Below, in pieces: positions 51,406-63,677 of a DNA stretch of 64,000 nt. The stretch lies in assembly GCA_964016885.1 (NCBI GenBank), contig OZ024761.1, forward strand, positions 16,058,001-16,122,000, written 5' to 3'. This DNA comes from Eledone cirrhosa (Eukaryota). Under the pieces are notes generated by a model. It saw only the letters and a list, made by a program, of their open reading frames with translations, had not been told where the DNA came from and ran no database searches. The translations under genes were made by a program, and so were the position numbers. How positions within the stretch are numbered: the stretch's first letter is position 1; the number at the start of each line of letters is the position of its first letter.

Positions 51406-52385
51406 ATATATATAATGCGTGTGTGCGTATAGTTTTATTTAATAGTGAAAGGGAAGTAAATCTTGATACATACAGCAGAAGACGTACAGGATTTCTCTCC
51501 CCTTGATTTACACTAATTCAGCTAAAAATATCTGGAACAAAATAAATATATAAAAGCAGACCAAGACACACTAACATATTCGCCAGGTGAAGGCGAGAAC
51601 AATTTCTTGCTTTAAGCAGTTGTTATTACTTTTGACGTTTAATTGTGTAAATTTTATTAGGTTGTATTGAATTTAACTTGTGTGTGTAGCTTAGTTCATT
51701 CATTACCGTATTTCTAACGAAATTACAGTTTCAATTAATTTCGCCATCATAACATCTATAACTCTTTAATACGACATTGTTAATGAAACAAGGAAGAAAG
51801 GCTAAAATAAACAAGGTAACTTCGTAGGAACCTTAAAAACATTGCATGTTTGAAGCAGACGATAGCTACTGCTGCGTGCAGCTGTAGCTTCGTGTTAATT
51901 CTTTCCTTTACTTTCTCTCGCCCTCTACTCCCTTTTCTCTTACTTTTTACCCCTCCTCTCTCTCTATTACGTTTTCCCTCTTCTTTACTTACTCTCGCCC
52001 TCTACTCTTACTTTTATCCTTCTCTTCTCCCTCTATTACGTTTTCCATCTCCTTTATTTTCACTCTCCCTTTTTACCCTCCCTCCTCTACTCTTTTTCTC
52101 TTACTTTCTACCCTCTCCCTCTCTGCTATCAAACACAGCGCCCATTAAACCTTACCTTACATTACATTACAATACATTACCTGAGTACGAGTACCTTACA
52201 TTACAATGTCACCAGCAAAACGACTGGACATTTTAGATGTAAGTTTACCACTGGAGGTACTCTCCAGTCCCAAATAATAGAAGGGAAGGAGATTTGCTTA
52301 AATTCTTATAAGCCGGTGTGGGTTGGGAAATCGGTAATTGTATAGTGTACGTTCGTAAATATGGGATTTTTTTATGTTATTTTAA

Positions 52386-52902
52386 TCTCTATATATAAAA
52401 ACAAAAATGTCTGTCTATGTATGCAGGCAATGCTTTTCCACGGTTTCCATCCGATTTTCTTCAAATTTGATACATAGGTTATTTAGCTCTCGGAGCATGT
52501 CAACATGACTTTTGGGAACATTTTTTCATGCTCAAAGTTGCTGAAGCATGGAACAAACTACCTGCATCGGTTGTTAGCTGTCAAGACACTGCATCCTTTT
52601 AAAACCTCCATGCTTCCTGAAATTAGTCAACGCGACACCTGATATTCCCCCTCCATACATACGCACACCTGTGTGTGTATATCATGACTCATGCACTGTT
52701 CATTTTCCTGACATTTGAACATTATTCTATGGACTATACATGCACCTTTGATGAGTTGTAGTGCACCTTAACACTGTACACAATCATTTCATTATTGTAT
52801 AGTTCAAATGTTGCTCTTCTCTAAAATGCTCTGTTGAGGAGAAAGGGGTCTTTATTTACAGTGGCGTAAGGTGTGCCCGGCAACGGCAGGCTCTTTTGCT
52901 AG
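52386..52902 (+). mobile_element. Non-autonomous Helitron-like element carrying a CR1 insertion
   Basis: A|TC start, TGTCTGTCT subterminal motif, 3' hairpin GCCCGGCAACGGCAGGC, CTAG|T end. Confidence 0.75.
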
Positions 52903-54310
52903 TATAAAATAATATTATAAGATTCTCGAGCCAAGGTTAACTTTGCCTTTCATCCTTACGGGATCGATAAAATAAAGTACCTGTAATACACCGGGGTAAT
53001 TGCTGGCCTTGTACCGACAGAAGAATCAATTATTAGATTCTCTAGCTGCTGTCCCAATATGAATCACTTACAATAGAATTATCAAAATTTAATAAGCGAT
53101 ATTCAAGGCCGGGGAGTAACTGGAGGTAGGTTTAAAAAAACAACAAAGTAATAAAGAAATAATTAATAATGTCAGAAAAAAAAAATTGTTTTAATAAGAA
53201 TAAAAAAACAAAGAATATCGAAAATAATTTATTTATATTTTTTCTTTTTCATGAAATCATTGACAAAGGATAACAACATTAGGGAGGGAATTTTTAAGGG
53301 GTATTGGGAATACAAATGATGTGTATAGTCGGTGGGCTGGGGGGTTAAATTTGTACAAAGGGTTAAAAAGCATATATTTCTCCCCTCCCTTCAAAAAAAA
53401 AAAAAAAAGTTTGAATGGCAGTGGTGGTATTATTATTATTATTATTGGTGGGGTACCTGAGTCGCCCCTGGGTTGTTAACCCCCTATTAGGGAATTTATT
53501 TTGTTATTTTTATATTTTTTTCATTGTTAAATTGGTTTTGTTATTGTGTACTTTTACTCAATCTTATTGTAACCCCCCCCCCCCCCACTGTCCCTGTCTT
53601 TGTATTGTCCCCTACATGTTGGCCCTTGTGGCCATTAAATGAAATTATTATTATTATTATTTCGATCTAATCGACTTTCCCCTCACCAAATTGTTGGCCT
53701 CATGCATAAATCAGAAACCATGATTTGGACCTTGTGGCTAATAAATGAAATCATTATTATTATTATTATTATTATTATAAGTAATTATCGTCAGTAGAGA
53801 CTGCGGCTGTTAGGGTCCCAGATGTGTGATGTACCCCTCTCCATCCATCCATCCATATTCTTTTTTTTTCTCTCGTTTGTCTTAGACTTTTCTTCCTCAC
53901 TTAACAATTATTTAGAGCAGGCATATCGATTGATTAAGATGCACTTGTTTTAATTGGCATCATGCCCCTCATAAAGTAAAGCAGTACATATATATAACAT
54001 ATATGTATACACACACACACACCCACACACATCATCATCATTTTACGTCCGCTTTTCCCTGCTTGCAAGGGTGCGACGGGAACTGATTCTGGCTTGATTT
54101 CTACAGCTGGATGCCCTTCCTAACACCAACCTCATTTACAGTGAGTACTGGGTGCTTTTTTTTGCCATGGCACCTCCATGACCACTTTGCAGTGAAATGA
54201 TAGGGACCTCAGTCCCTATCATTTCATTTCTACAGCTGAGTAAACTGGAGCAATGTGAAATAAAGTGTCTTGCTCAAGGAAACAAAACATCACCCGGCCT
54301 GAGAATTGAA

Positions 54311-54353
<43 letters not shown>

Positions 54354-54416
54354 AGAGATTCTGCAGTGCTGAGACCAGAGACCACTAATCATGGAAGTAC
54401 TCAATGCATGGGGAGA

Positions 54417-54462
<46 letters not shown>

Positions 54463-54689
54463 TATGTAAATCTGGTTGGTGTTAGGAAGGGCATCTAGCT
54501 GTAAAATACCTGGCCAAATTTACAGTCCTCGTCGGAGCAAGGTGAGACATGGCTACCCATGGCCAGACTTGCCTCTCAGTATGGACGACCCATCTAACCC
54601 ATGCAAGCATGAAAGAATTGACACTAAATGGAAATGATTATATATATATATATATACTCACACACACATATGTATGTATATATATATCG

Positions 54690-54922
54690 ATATTGAAGTT
54701 TCCGTTGAAAATTGATAAAGTCATAGGAGTGAAGAGTGCTCTATGTAAGTTACAGAGCTAAATTTAATGTATAATAAACAATACAATATAATTACCTCAT
54801 TACCAGAGGTTGCCCGAATAAGATGAATACAAGAAACGTCTGCATTCATTCGTCAGACAAGGCAATTTAAAACATGAAACCCCTGGTAATGAGGTAATTA
54901 TATTGTATTGTTTATTATACAT
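54690..54922. mobile_element. Fold-back element with a scrambled hammerhead
   Basis: 40-bp perfect arms 54767-54806 / 54883-54922; CTGACGA + stem II on minus, GAAAC-CCCTG-GTA on plus; homologous 3' part at 50510-50600. Confidence 0.7.
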
Positions 54923-55827
54923 GATATATATACACGCACATATATATATGTATGTGTGTGTCTGAATATAAAACAGATATTGCAATAGGGAGGCATCAAC
55001 TGGTAAACTTCACCAATGGCAGAGAGTTTTTATAACCTGCAGACATTTCAAACAATACACAGAAGCAAAAGTTCTACTTCAATGGATTTTAGTTTTAAAC
55101 CATACACACTTTGGGTTTTAGAGAATTTTTCTGCTCAGCAAGCAGTTAACAATCCTAAGAAATGGCCTATAATTTTGAAAATAATTATATAACTTGGAGA
55201 GATTTAGTAATATAACTTTCTGGTGTTTAGAACATAACAGAGGTTCTTACATACATTATTATGGAAGTTTTTTTTAGATAAATATAAACAATTTAAAACA
55301 AATAACTTTGTATCATAGAACCATGGGCTGTTTGTTATAAAAAGGGGATAAAATAGTTTATACAAGTGACCTCCAACATTTTTTCTTATGATACAAACCG
55401 CAAATATTACAGACAGACGTAAACTTTATAATAGAAAGAATATATATGTATGTACATGTGTTTTATTATATTTTTTTTCCTTTATAAAAAACAGAAATTA
55501 TACCATTTCGTAAAATAATAACCTTTTTAAAACAGAATCTTTAGAATGTCATAAAAAACTGTCAAACATTTCTGTAAGATCCGACATTTTTTTTTTTTCA
55601 TGGAACCCCAAAAATATTTTAACAAACCCAGATTGAAGGAGACCCATGGTATTTAAACTATAGAAAACAAAATGAAGGCATTTATTTCACATTGTTAAAA
55701 AAAAAACCAAACAAACAAACCCACACAAGCAAACACTCTAATTCGTGGCTTATAATGAGAGAGGTCAGTGGGAAGAAATAGCAGAAATGCCCAGCAACAG
55801 TAAAATATTTAACATGGAGATGCTTAG

Positions 55828-55869
<42 letters not shown>

Positions 55870-57379
55870 GAGACACATGCCTGTGGTAACAATATATATA
55901 TATACATCCACATATTGGCTGTGTAAACAGTAATATACACACACATAGACACACACATAGGCACACAGTGAATGAGACATGCTTGTGGTAACGAGATATA
56001 TATATACCCACATACTGGCTGTGATAACAGCAACACACACAAACCTGGAAACATTATATATGCCCATATACACACATCTATGGTAACATTATATATACAC
56101 ATATATCCATACACACACATATATACACATGATTGAAGTGATAGTTTTTCTATTTACAGTGTTTGAATGAATGTTGTTAAAACAAGCTGTCATGGCCAGT
56201 TAAGGGTTAAAGCAAATGGGATGGGCATAAAAAAGGGGGTAAAGAAACTGTCACAGGATCTTATAAGGTTAAGAGATGAAAACAAACCGCCATGACCCTT
56301 AAAAAAGGTTTAGGGGGCAGCAAAGTGAAACGAAGTTGCTATGGGTAACTGAATATAGGGTAACTGTCATGGGCTTAGAAAAAGGTTTAAGGGGGTAAAA
56401 CAACTGGCATGACCCCTAAAAACAAACAAAAAAAAAGGGTTGAAACAAAGTTGCTAAGGACAATTAAATAGCGTTGAGTGTTAAAACAAATGTCTTGGGT
56501 TAAGAGGGGGTTTAAGGGAGTAAAAGTTGACCACGGTGGGATTTGAACTCAACAAAAAGGGGCAACAAATACCACACATCATTTACTGGCACCATAACAA
56601 CAACAACAACAGATGTTTTCAGGTAATTTTACCCTGCTTAAAGAAAAAGGTTAGCCTAGCAGGCTTCATACTCAACATAAGGGCCCTTTTTGAGGCATTG
56701 TTTTAGTCAGATGCCCTTCCTTGTAGCAACCCTTTTAATTGCCTCTTACAATATTTAGGGATACGGTGTAGCTAACTATTCTAAACCAGATACAGACATA
56801 CACACACACACACACACACAGAGAAAATATTTACATAAAAATCTTAAGATGAAAATATTAAGAATATATTTAGAGAGAAACAGAATATGTATTTAACCCT
56901 TTAGAAAAAGGGGCCTGGGAATTTACCTTGCCAGAGGTGAACTCCTTAGATTTAACAATGGAAATGAACAGGAAACAGTTGGTGGAGGAAGTGGGGATTT
57001 GGGGGGAGAAGGAGGAGGAGACATGGGTCTAGAGAGTGTTCATAACCGTTTCTCTTTGATATTTTCACTCCTTAACATACAACAACAATGATAAGTGCTT
57101 TGTGACCAATTTTCCCTGCTAAAATAACGGATGGGTTTAGTCTTTCTTACAGACCCCCTATGACAAGTTTCATAATACTCATCTTGGTTGAGGGGAGGCA
57201 ATGTTATATAATTGGGGATGCTTCCTGACACCAACCCTTTCAGTCACCTCGTATGGCACTCAGGAGAGGGATATGGTATGCCTGATTTAAAAACCCCAAA
57301 TACACACAGAATTTAACATCCCAACGTCCTTTGCCTTCACCGGAACTAATAGCAAATATTAAATGAGAATTTTGATGTT

Positions 57380-58700
57380 TTACAGAATGTACATGGTGCA
57401 TTTTATTGTGGCTCCAGCACTACCACTTTACAGAGTGTACTGGGAGCATTTTATCATGGCACCAACACTACCACTTTGCAGAGTGTACTTGGAGCACTTT
57501 ACTGTAGCACCAGCACTGCCACTTTACAGAGTGTACTGGGTGTGTTTTATCATGGCAGCAGCACTACCACTTTACAAAGTGTACTGAGTGCATTTTATCA
57601 TGACACCAGCAATATCACTTTACAGAATGTACTGGGTGTATTTTACTGTGGTACCAGCACTACTACTTTACAGAGTGTAGAGTGGGTGCATTTTACATGA
57701 CACCAACGCTACCACTTTACAGAATGTACTGGGTGCATTTCACATTACGCCAGCAGTTTCACTTTACAGAGTGTAGTGGGTGCATTTTACATTACACCAG
57801 CACTATTACTTTACAGAATGTACTGGGTACATTTCACATTACGTCAGCAGTACCACTTTACAGAGTGTAGTGGGTGCATTTTACATTACACCAGCACTAT
57901 TACTTTACAGAATGTACTGGGTACATTTCACATTACGTCAGCAGTACCACTTTACAGAGTGTAGTGGGTGCATTTTACATTACACCAGCACTATTACTTT
58001 ACAGAATGTACTGGGTACATTTCACATTACGTCAGCAGTACCACTTTACAGAGTGTAGTGGGTGCATTTTACATTACACCAGCACTATTACTTTACAGAA
58101 TGTACTGGGTACATTTCACATTACGTCAGCAGTACCACTTTACAGAGTGTAGTGGGTGCATTTTACATTACACCAGCACTATTACTTTACAGAATGTACT
58201 GGGTACATTTCACATTACGTCAGCAGTACCACTTTACAGAGTGTAGTGGGTGCATTTTACATTACACCAGCACTATTACTTTACAGAATGTACTGGGTAC
58301 ATTTCACATTACGTCAGCAGTACCACTTTACAGAGTGTAGTGGGTGCATTTTACATTACACCAGCACTATTACTTTACAGAATGTACTGGGTACATTTCA
58401 CATTACACCAGCAGTACCACTTTACAGAGTGTAGTGGGTGCATTTTACATGACACCAACGCTACCACTTTACAGAATGTACTGGGTGCATTTCACATTAC
58501 ACCAGCAGTACCACTTTACAGAGTGTAGTGGGTGCATTTTACATGACACCAACGCTACCACTTTACAGAATGTACTGGGTGCATTTCACATTACGCCAGC
58601 AGTACCACTTTACAGAGTGTAGTGGGTGCATTTTACATTACACCAGCACTATTACTTTACAGAATGTACTGGGTTCATGCATTTTACTGTGGCACCAGCA
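57380..58700 (+). repeat. 47-bp SINE-derived satellite with a 94-bp dimeric higher-order repeat
   Basis: Alternating CCACTTTACAGAGTGTAGTGGGTGCATTTTACATTACACCAGCACTA and TTACTTTACAGAATGTACTGGGTACATTTCACATTACGTCAGCAGTA; ORF starts recur every 94 bp. Confidence 0.95.
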
Positions 58701-59326
58701 CTAACAATTCATAGGCGGACATGTCTGGACACACAGATGAAAGTCAACTAGGGCAGGATTTGAACTAAGTACATTGGTTGTTGTTGTTGTTGCTAAGGAA
58801 CATAATATATAACACACTCAACAAGCTTATCACCCTCACCCTGACACACAAACTACTCTCAGGTTCTGCCATCTTAACTCTTAGTTTTTTCAACGGTAGA
58901 TAAATATAAATATATATAAAGGTGGGGAAAGAGGTAAAATAGTGGAGTTTGACCGTCACAAGTACCAATTGGTGGTAGTGGTGGTGGTGTTGTTGACAAT
59001 GGTTGTTAGGGGTGGTGGGATTGTGGTATTGTTGTTGTTGGTGGTGGTGGTGGTGGTGGTGCTGTTAGTTAGTGTTGCTGGTGGTAGTTGTGGTGGTGAT
59101 GTTGATGGTGGTAGTAGTATTGTTGTAGTGGTGGTGGTGGTGGTGGTGGTGGTGTCGGTGATTGTGCTGGAGGTTGTTTGTTAGTGGTGGTAGTTGTTAG
59201 TGTTGTTGGTGATGGTAGTTGTTAGAGGTGGTGGTAGTGATGTTGGTGGTGTTGGTTGATAGTAGTTGTTAGAGGTGGTGGTAGTGATGTTGGTGGTGTT
59301 GGTTGATAGTGGTGGAGGTGTTGATG

Positions 59327-59370
<44 letters not shown>

Positions 59371-59373
<3 letters not shown>

Positions 59374-59557
59374 TTTTAATATGGATGAGATTCTACAGGA
59401 CTAGAACTGTTTCATTCTTTAGAAATCATCAGGAATTTCTAAAGAATGAAACAGTTCTAGTCCTGTAGAATCTCATCCATATTAAAACTTTTATACTCTG
59501 CAATGTATTGAGTACCTTACTTACTGTGGTTTCCCCCGATTCAACCCGGAATAACGT
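59371..59557. mobile_element. Fold-back Penelope-like element in (TA)n; relative at 1461-1650
   Basis: Perfect 56-bp arms 59371-59426 / 59435-59490, tail ACTCTGCAATGTATTGAGTACC. Confidence 0.8.
59387..59439 (-). ncRNA. Putative hammerhead ribozyme
   Basis: GAAATTC-CTGATGA-TTTC TAAA GAAT-GAA-ACAG TTCTAGTC CTGT-A-GAATCTC: all core nucleotides, GUA site, 4-bp stem III; stem II is weak and closes with a U-U mismatch. Confidence 0.6.
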
Positions 59558-59739
59558 ATATATATATATATATATAGTTATATATATATATATATATAAC
59601 TGTCTCCTGTCATTTGCTGATTTTGAATTTAAAAAAAAAAAAAATTAAAAACCAGCAGCAACACCCACCCAAAACTACCCCATACCCCCCTCTATAGCCT
59701 CCCACCATCACAGAAAACACCAGTAAGCAGTAGAAGTAT

Positions 59740-60205
59740 TATCATCACCATCACCCCCCATCATCATCATCATCATCATCATCATCATTACCTTCACCAT
59801 CTTCAACACGATCATCATCATCATCATCATCAACACAACCATCATCATCATCACCATCAACATCATCATCAGTGTCATATCAGCCCCATCATCATCATCG
59901 TCACCACCATCATCATCATCACCATCATCATCAACACAACCATCATCATCATCACCATCAACATCATCAGTGTCATATCAGCCCCATCATCATCATCGTC
60001 ACCACCATCATCACCATCACCATCATCATCAGTCCCATCATCATCATCATCATCATCAACACCATCATCATCACCATCATCATCACCATCACCATCATCA
60101 CCATCATCATCACCATCATCATCACCATCACCATCATCACCACCATCACCACCATCATCACCATCACCACCATCATCACCATCATCATCACCACCATCAT
60201 CATCA
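59740..60205. repeat. (CAT/CAC)n tract immediately after the G-alpha stop codon
   Basis: Low complexity; poly-His ORFs are artefacts. Confidence 0.9.
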
Positions 60206-60224
60206 GTTGGTTGACTGAAGAGGT

Positions 60225-60511
60225 TCAAAGGAGGGCAGCAGCTGTGAGGTTTTCTTTCAAGATGGATTCCATGACAACTTCGAACACCACCTGGATATTA
60301 CTGGTATCTGTTGCCGTGGTGAAATGGGGGTAAATTACTTTGTACTGGTTACGGTTCTGCATCTGGAATAACATCTGGATGTATCTGGCTGCTCCGTCCA
60401 CATCACGAATTGAACCTGGGGAAAGAAGAGGAAGACCAGATGTAGAAATAGTGGTGGTAGTGGTGGTGGTGGTAGTAGTAGTAGTGGTGGTGGTGCTAGT
60501 AGTAGTAGTAA

Positions 60512-60549
<38 letters not shown>

Positions 60550-60550
60550 A

Positions 60551-60585
<35 letters not shown>

Positions 60586-62824
60586 ATAGTAGTAGTAGTG
60601 GTGGTGGTAGTAATAGTAGTGGTAGGAGTAGTAGTAGAAATAGTAGGGGTGGTGTTGGTATTAGTAATAGTAGTAGTAGTAGTAGTGGTGGTGGTGGTAG
60701 GAGTAGTAGTAGAAATAGTAAGGGTGGTGTTGGTGGTAGTGGTAATAGTAATAGTAGTAGTGGTGGTGGTGGTAGTAGGAGTAGTAGTAGTAGTAGTGGT
60801 AGTAGAAGTGGTGGTGGTGATGGTAGTAGAAGTAGTGATGGTGGTGGTAGGAGTAGTAGTAGTAGAAATAGTAGAGGTGGTGGTGGTGGTGGTAATAGAA
60901 GTAATGATAGTAGTAGTGGTGGTTGTGGTACTAGTAGCAGTAGTGGTATACATCCACACACACACACACACACACATACATACGTTCACATACATATATA
61001 TGTTCACACATACATACACATATGTTGACACATACATACACATATATGTTCATACATACATTCATATATAGATACACATACACAAACACACACCTAGATC
61101 CTATGCTTACAAGTCAAAATATGAAACTGTTTCTCTTAAAATCAACAGAACTTACCTGAATATTCGGGGAAAAATAGGTGTAAATGGCGATGAGAATGAA
61201 GAATTTTGTCTTTGAATAAGTCGAGTTTATTGAGGAAGAGAATCTACAAGAAAAAACAAAGAGTAAAAAATTAACACGAATGAAATTATTTAAAAAATTT
61301 AATGAAATTAAAAAAATTGTAACTTAAAAATTAACCTTTTTGAGACATAACCACCCCCAAACCACTCCTCGTTCTATGAGATAAAGCTGTTTGTTTTAAC
61401 CCTTTAGCATTTAAACTGGCTGTATCCAACCAGAATTTTCTCACCTCTTTCTGTTCAGACTGGCCATAACTGGTCACTCATATTGATGTTAAGGTATTGT
61501 TCTCAAAATAAATAATATAAAAATCTCATAGATTCGATATTATGTGAGATAAATATGTAAGACAAAGCCAATACCACAAAAATACAATTGTAAATATAAA
61601 GTAATGTGAATGCTAAAGAGTTAAAGTGTTTATATTTATCTAAAATTTTTCCATCATAATTTTATGTAAGAACCTTTGTTAAATTATTTTCCTAACACCC
61701 CTGGTTCTATGATACAAAACTGTTTGATTTAAAGTATTTATATTTTTATCTAGAATTTTTCCATCATAATTTTACGTAAGAACCTTAAGTTATTTTCCAA
61801 ACACCCTTGATTATTTTCAAAATGATTTGTAAATTGTTTATGTATTTGTTCTGCAATATTCTTGATGTGAAATCGTGTGTTGGGGATGGTCATTTTACCA
61901 ATAAAAACAAACACACTATTTGATTTTCACTTCACATTTATTATTAGTTGTTGGTTATTTTGTCGAAGCTCTTTTGTCACACATTCTGTGACCTCCTCAA
62001 TGACTCATTGTTCTTCTTATCTGTGCTTCCTCTTCTTCCTGGTCTTGTTTTGTTTACACCAGAAATGAAAGACAAATAGTGATGATGATGATGGTGGCAT
62101 TGGTGATAGTGGTGATGATGGTGGAATTGGTGATAGTGGTGGTGGTTGTGGTGATGATGGTGGCGTTGGTGATAGTGGTGGTGGTTGTGGTGATGATGGT
62201 GGTTGTGGTAATGATGGTGATGATGGTTGTGGTGATGAATGATGCCTGGAGCTAATGAAATGAGATAAAAGACTTACCATACAGGAGAAATAGAAGAAAG
62301 AGTTGTTGCAAATGCCTTTGAAAAGGGTCAGGCTTTCTTGTAGTCGGTTCTGAAAAAGAAGAGAAAGATAAAAATAAAATGGGCTCTTCTTCTTCTTTTA
62401 CTTCTTCACCCACTTATTCCTAGGAGGGAGAATGATAAACATAGACTAGTCCCATCATCATCATTATTTAATGTCTATTTTCCATGCTAGCATGGGCTAG
62501 ATGGGTTGTCCCGTTTGAGGCAAGCCAGGTCAGGTGGGACGGGAACTGATTCTGGCTTGATTTCTACAGCTGGATGCCCTTCCTAACACCAACTTCATTT
62601 ACAGTGAGTGCTGGGTGCTTTTTTTTTTGCCGTGGCACCTCCACGACCACTTTGCAGTGGAATGATTTGGACCCCAGTCCCTATCATCTCATTTCTACAG
62701 CTGAGTAAACTGGAACAATGTGAAATAAAGTGTCTTGCTCAAGGAAACAACACATCACCCGGTCTGAGGATTGAACTCACAACCTTTCGATTGCAAGGCC
62801 AATGCTCTAACCACTAAGCCATGT

Positions 62825-62857
<33 letters not shown>

Positions 62858-63007
62858 TAGGGTAACATGCTACTCACAACATTGTGGTCTTCATAGAGGC
62901 ACATGTCATAGGAACTAAGGGCCACCACAAACAACACCCCTCGGACATCATCAAAACACTGGATCCATTTTCTCCTTTCTGACCTCTGGCCACCTACATC
63001 AAACATT
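60225..63007 (-). CDS. GNAV1: Heterotrimeric G-protein alpha subunit, 3' part (4 exons), probably class Gv; 5' exons lie beyond the window
   Basis: Exons 63007-62878 ([21 protein letters not shown]), 62349-62278 ([16 protein letters not shown]), 61243-61156 ([21 protein letters not shown]), 60415-60225 ([35 protein letters not shown]). The KILHS.RHL insert and ENL.A..LL end match my recollection of Gv rather than Gi/Gq/Gs/G12. G-alpha is certain; class is likely. Confidence 0.85.
60440..60950. repeat. (GTA/GTG)n tract in the last G-alpha intron
   Basis: Low complexity; poly-Thr/Val/Leu ORFs are artefacts. Confidence 0.9.
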
Positions 63008-63677
63008 CTGGAGAGAGAAAAATACAAGAAAGGTCACACAAAGAAGATATCATCCTTACCATCACCACCACCACCACCATCATCATCAACATCATCATCA
63101 TCATCAGCAGCAAGAGTGCCAGACACCATGCCTTGCAGCGTAGAGTTTTGGCCCTTTACATTCTGAGTTCAAATCCCGCCAAGGTTAACTTTGCCTTTTA
63201 TCCTTACGAGGTCGATAAAATGGAGCACCAGTAATACACTGGGGTAATTGCTAGCCTTGTGCCAAAAGTAGAAACAATCATCATCATCAGCATCATCATC
63301 ATCATCATCACCATCACCATCATCAGCATCATCATTATCTATATACTGATTAACCATCACATACATTATCCACTCAATTATTCTGTCTACAATTTTGGTG
63401 GGGAAGGAAAAATGATTATATTAACCTCAGTATGTAACTGGTACTTTATTTTATCCACCCATGGCATGATTTGAACCCAGAATGTATAGAACCAGAACAA
63501 ATACAGCAAAGCATTTGTCTTTCACTCAATATTGCCAATCAATTGCCAATCAATTGCTTGGCTGTAGAAATAATGAGGCTGTAGATGACAGAAGCGAAAG
63601 TCCATGGTATGGTACGTCATGGTTCCGTAATTCCTGATGAAGTCGTAGAGGCACTGTAATGACATAAGTGTTTCTCA

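Noticed and set aside
57380-58700. CRISPR-like array or tandem 92-aa genes
   Set aside because: It is a 94-bp satellite; the apparent spacers are identical and SINE-derived.
59872-61071. Poly-His, poly-Thr and poly-Val ORFs (also 45894-46875 and 49042-50073)
   Set aside because: Translations of trinucleotide microsatellites; only the embedded exons 60225-60415, 46817-46923 and 49914-50055 are coding.
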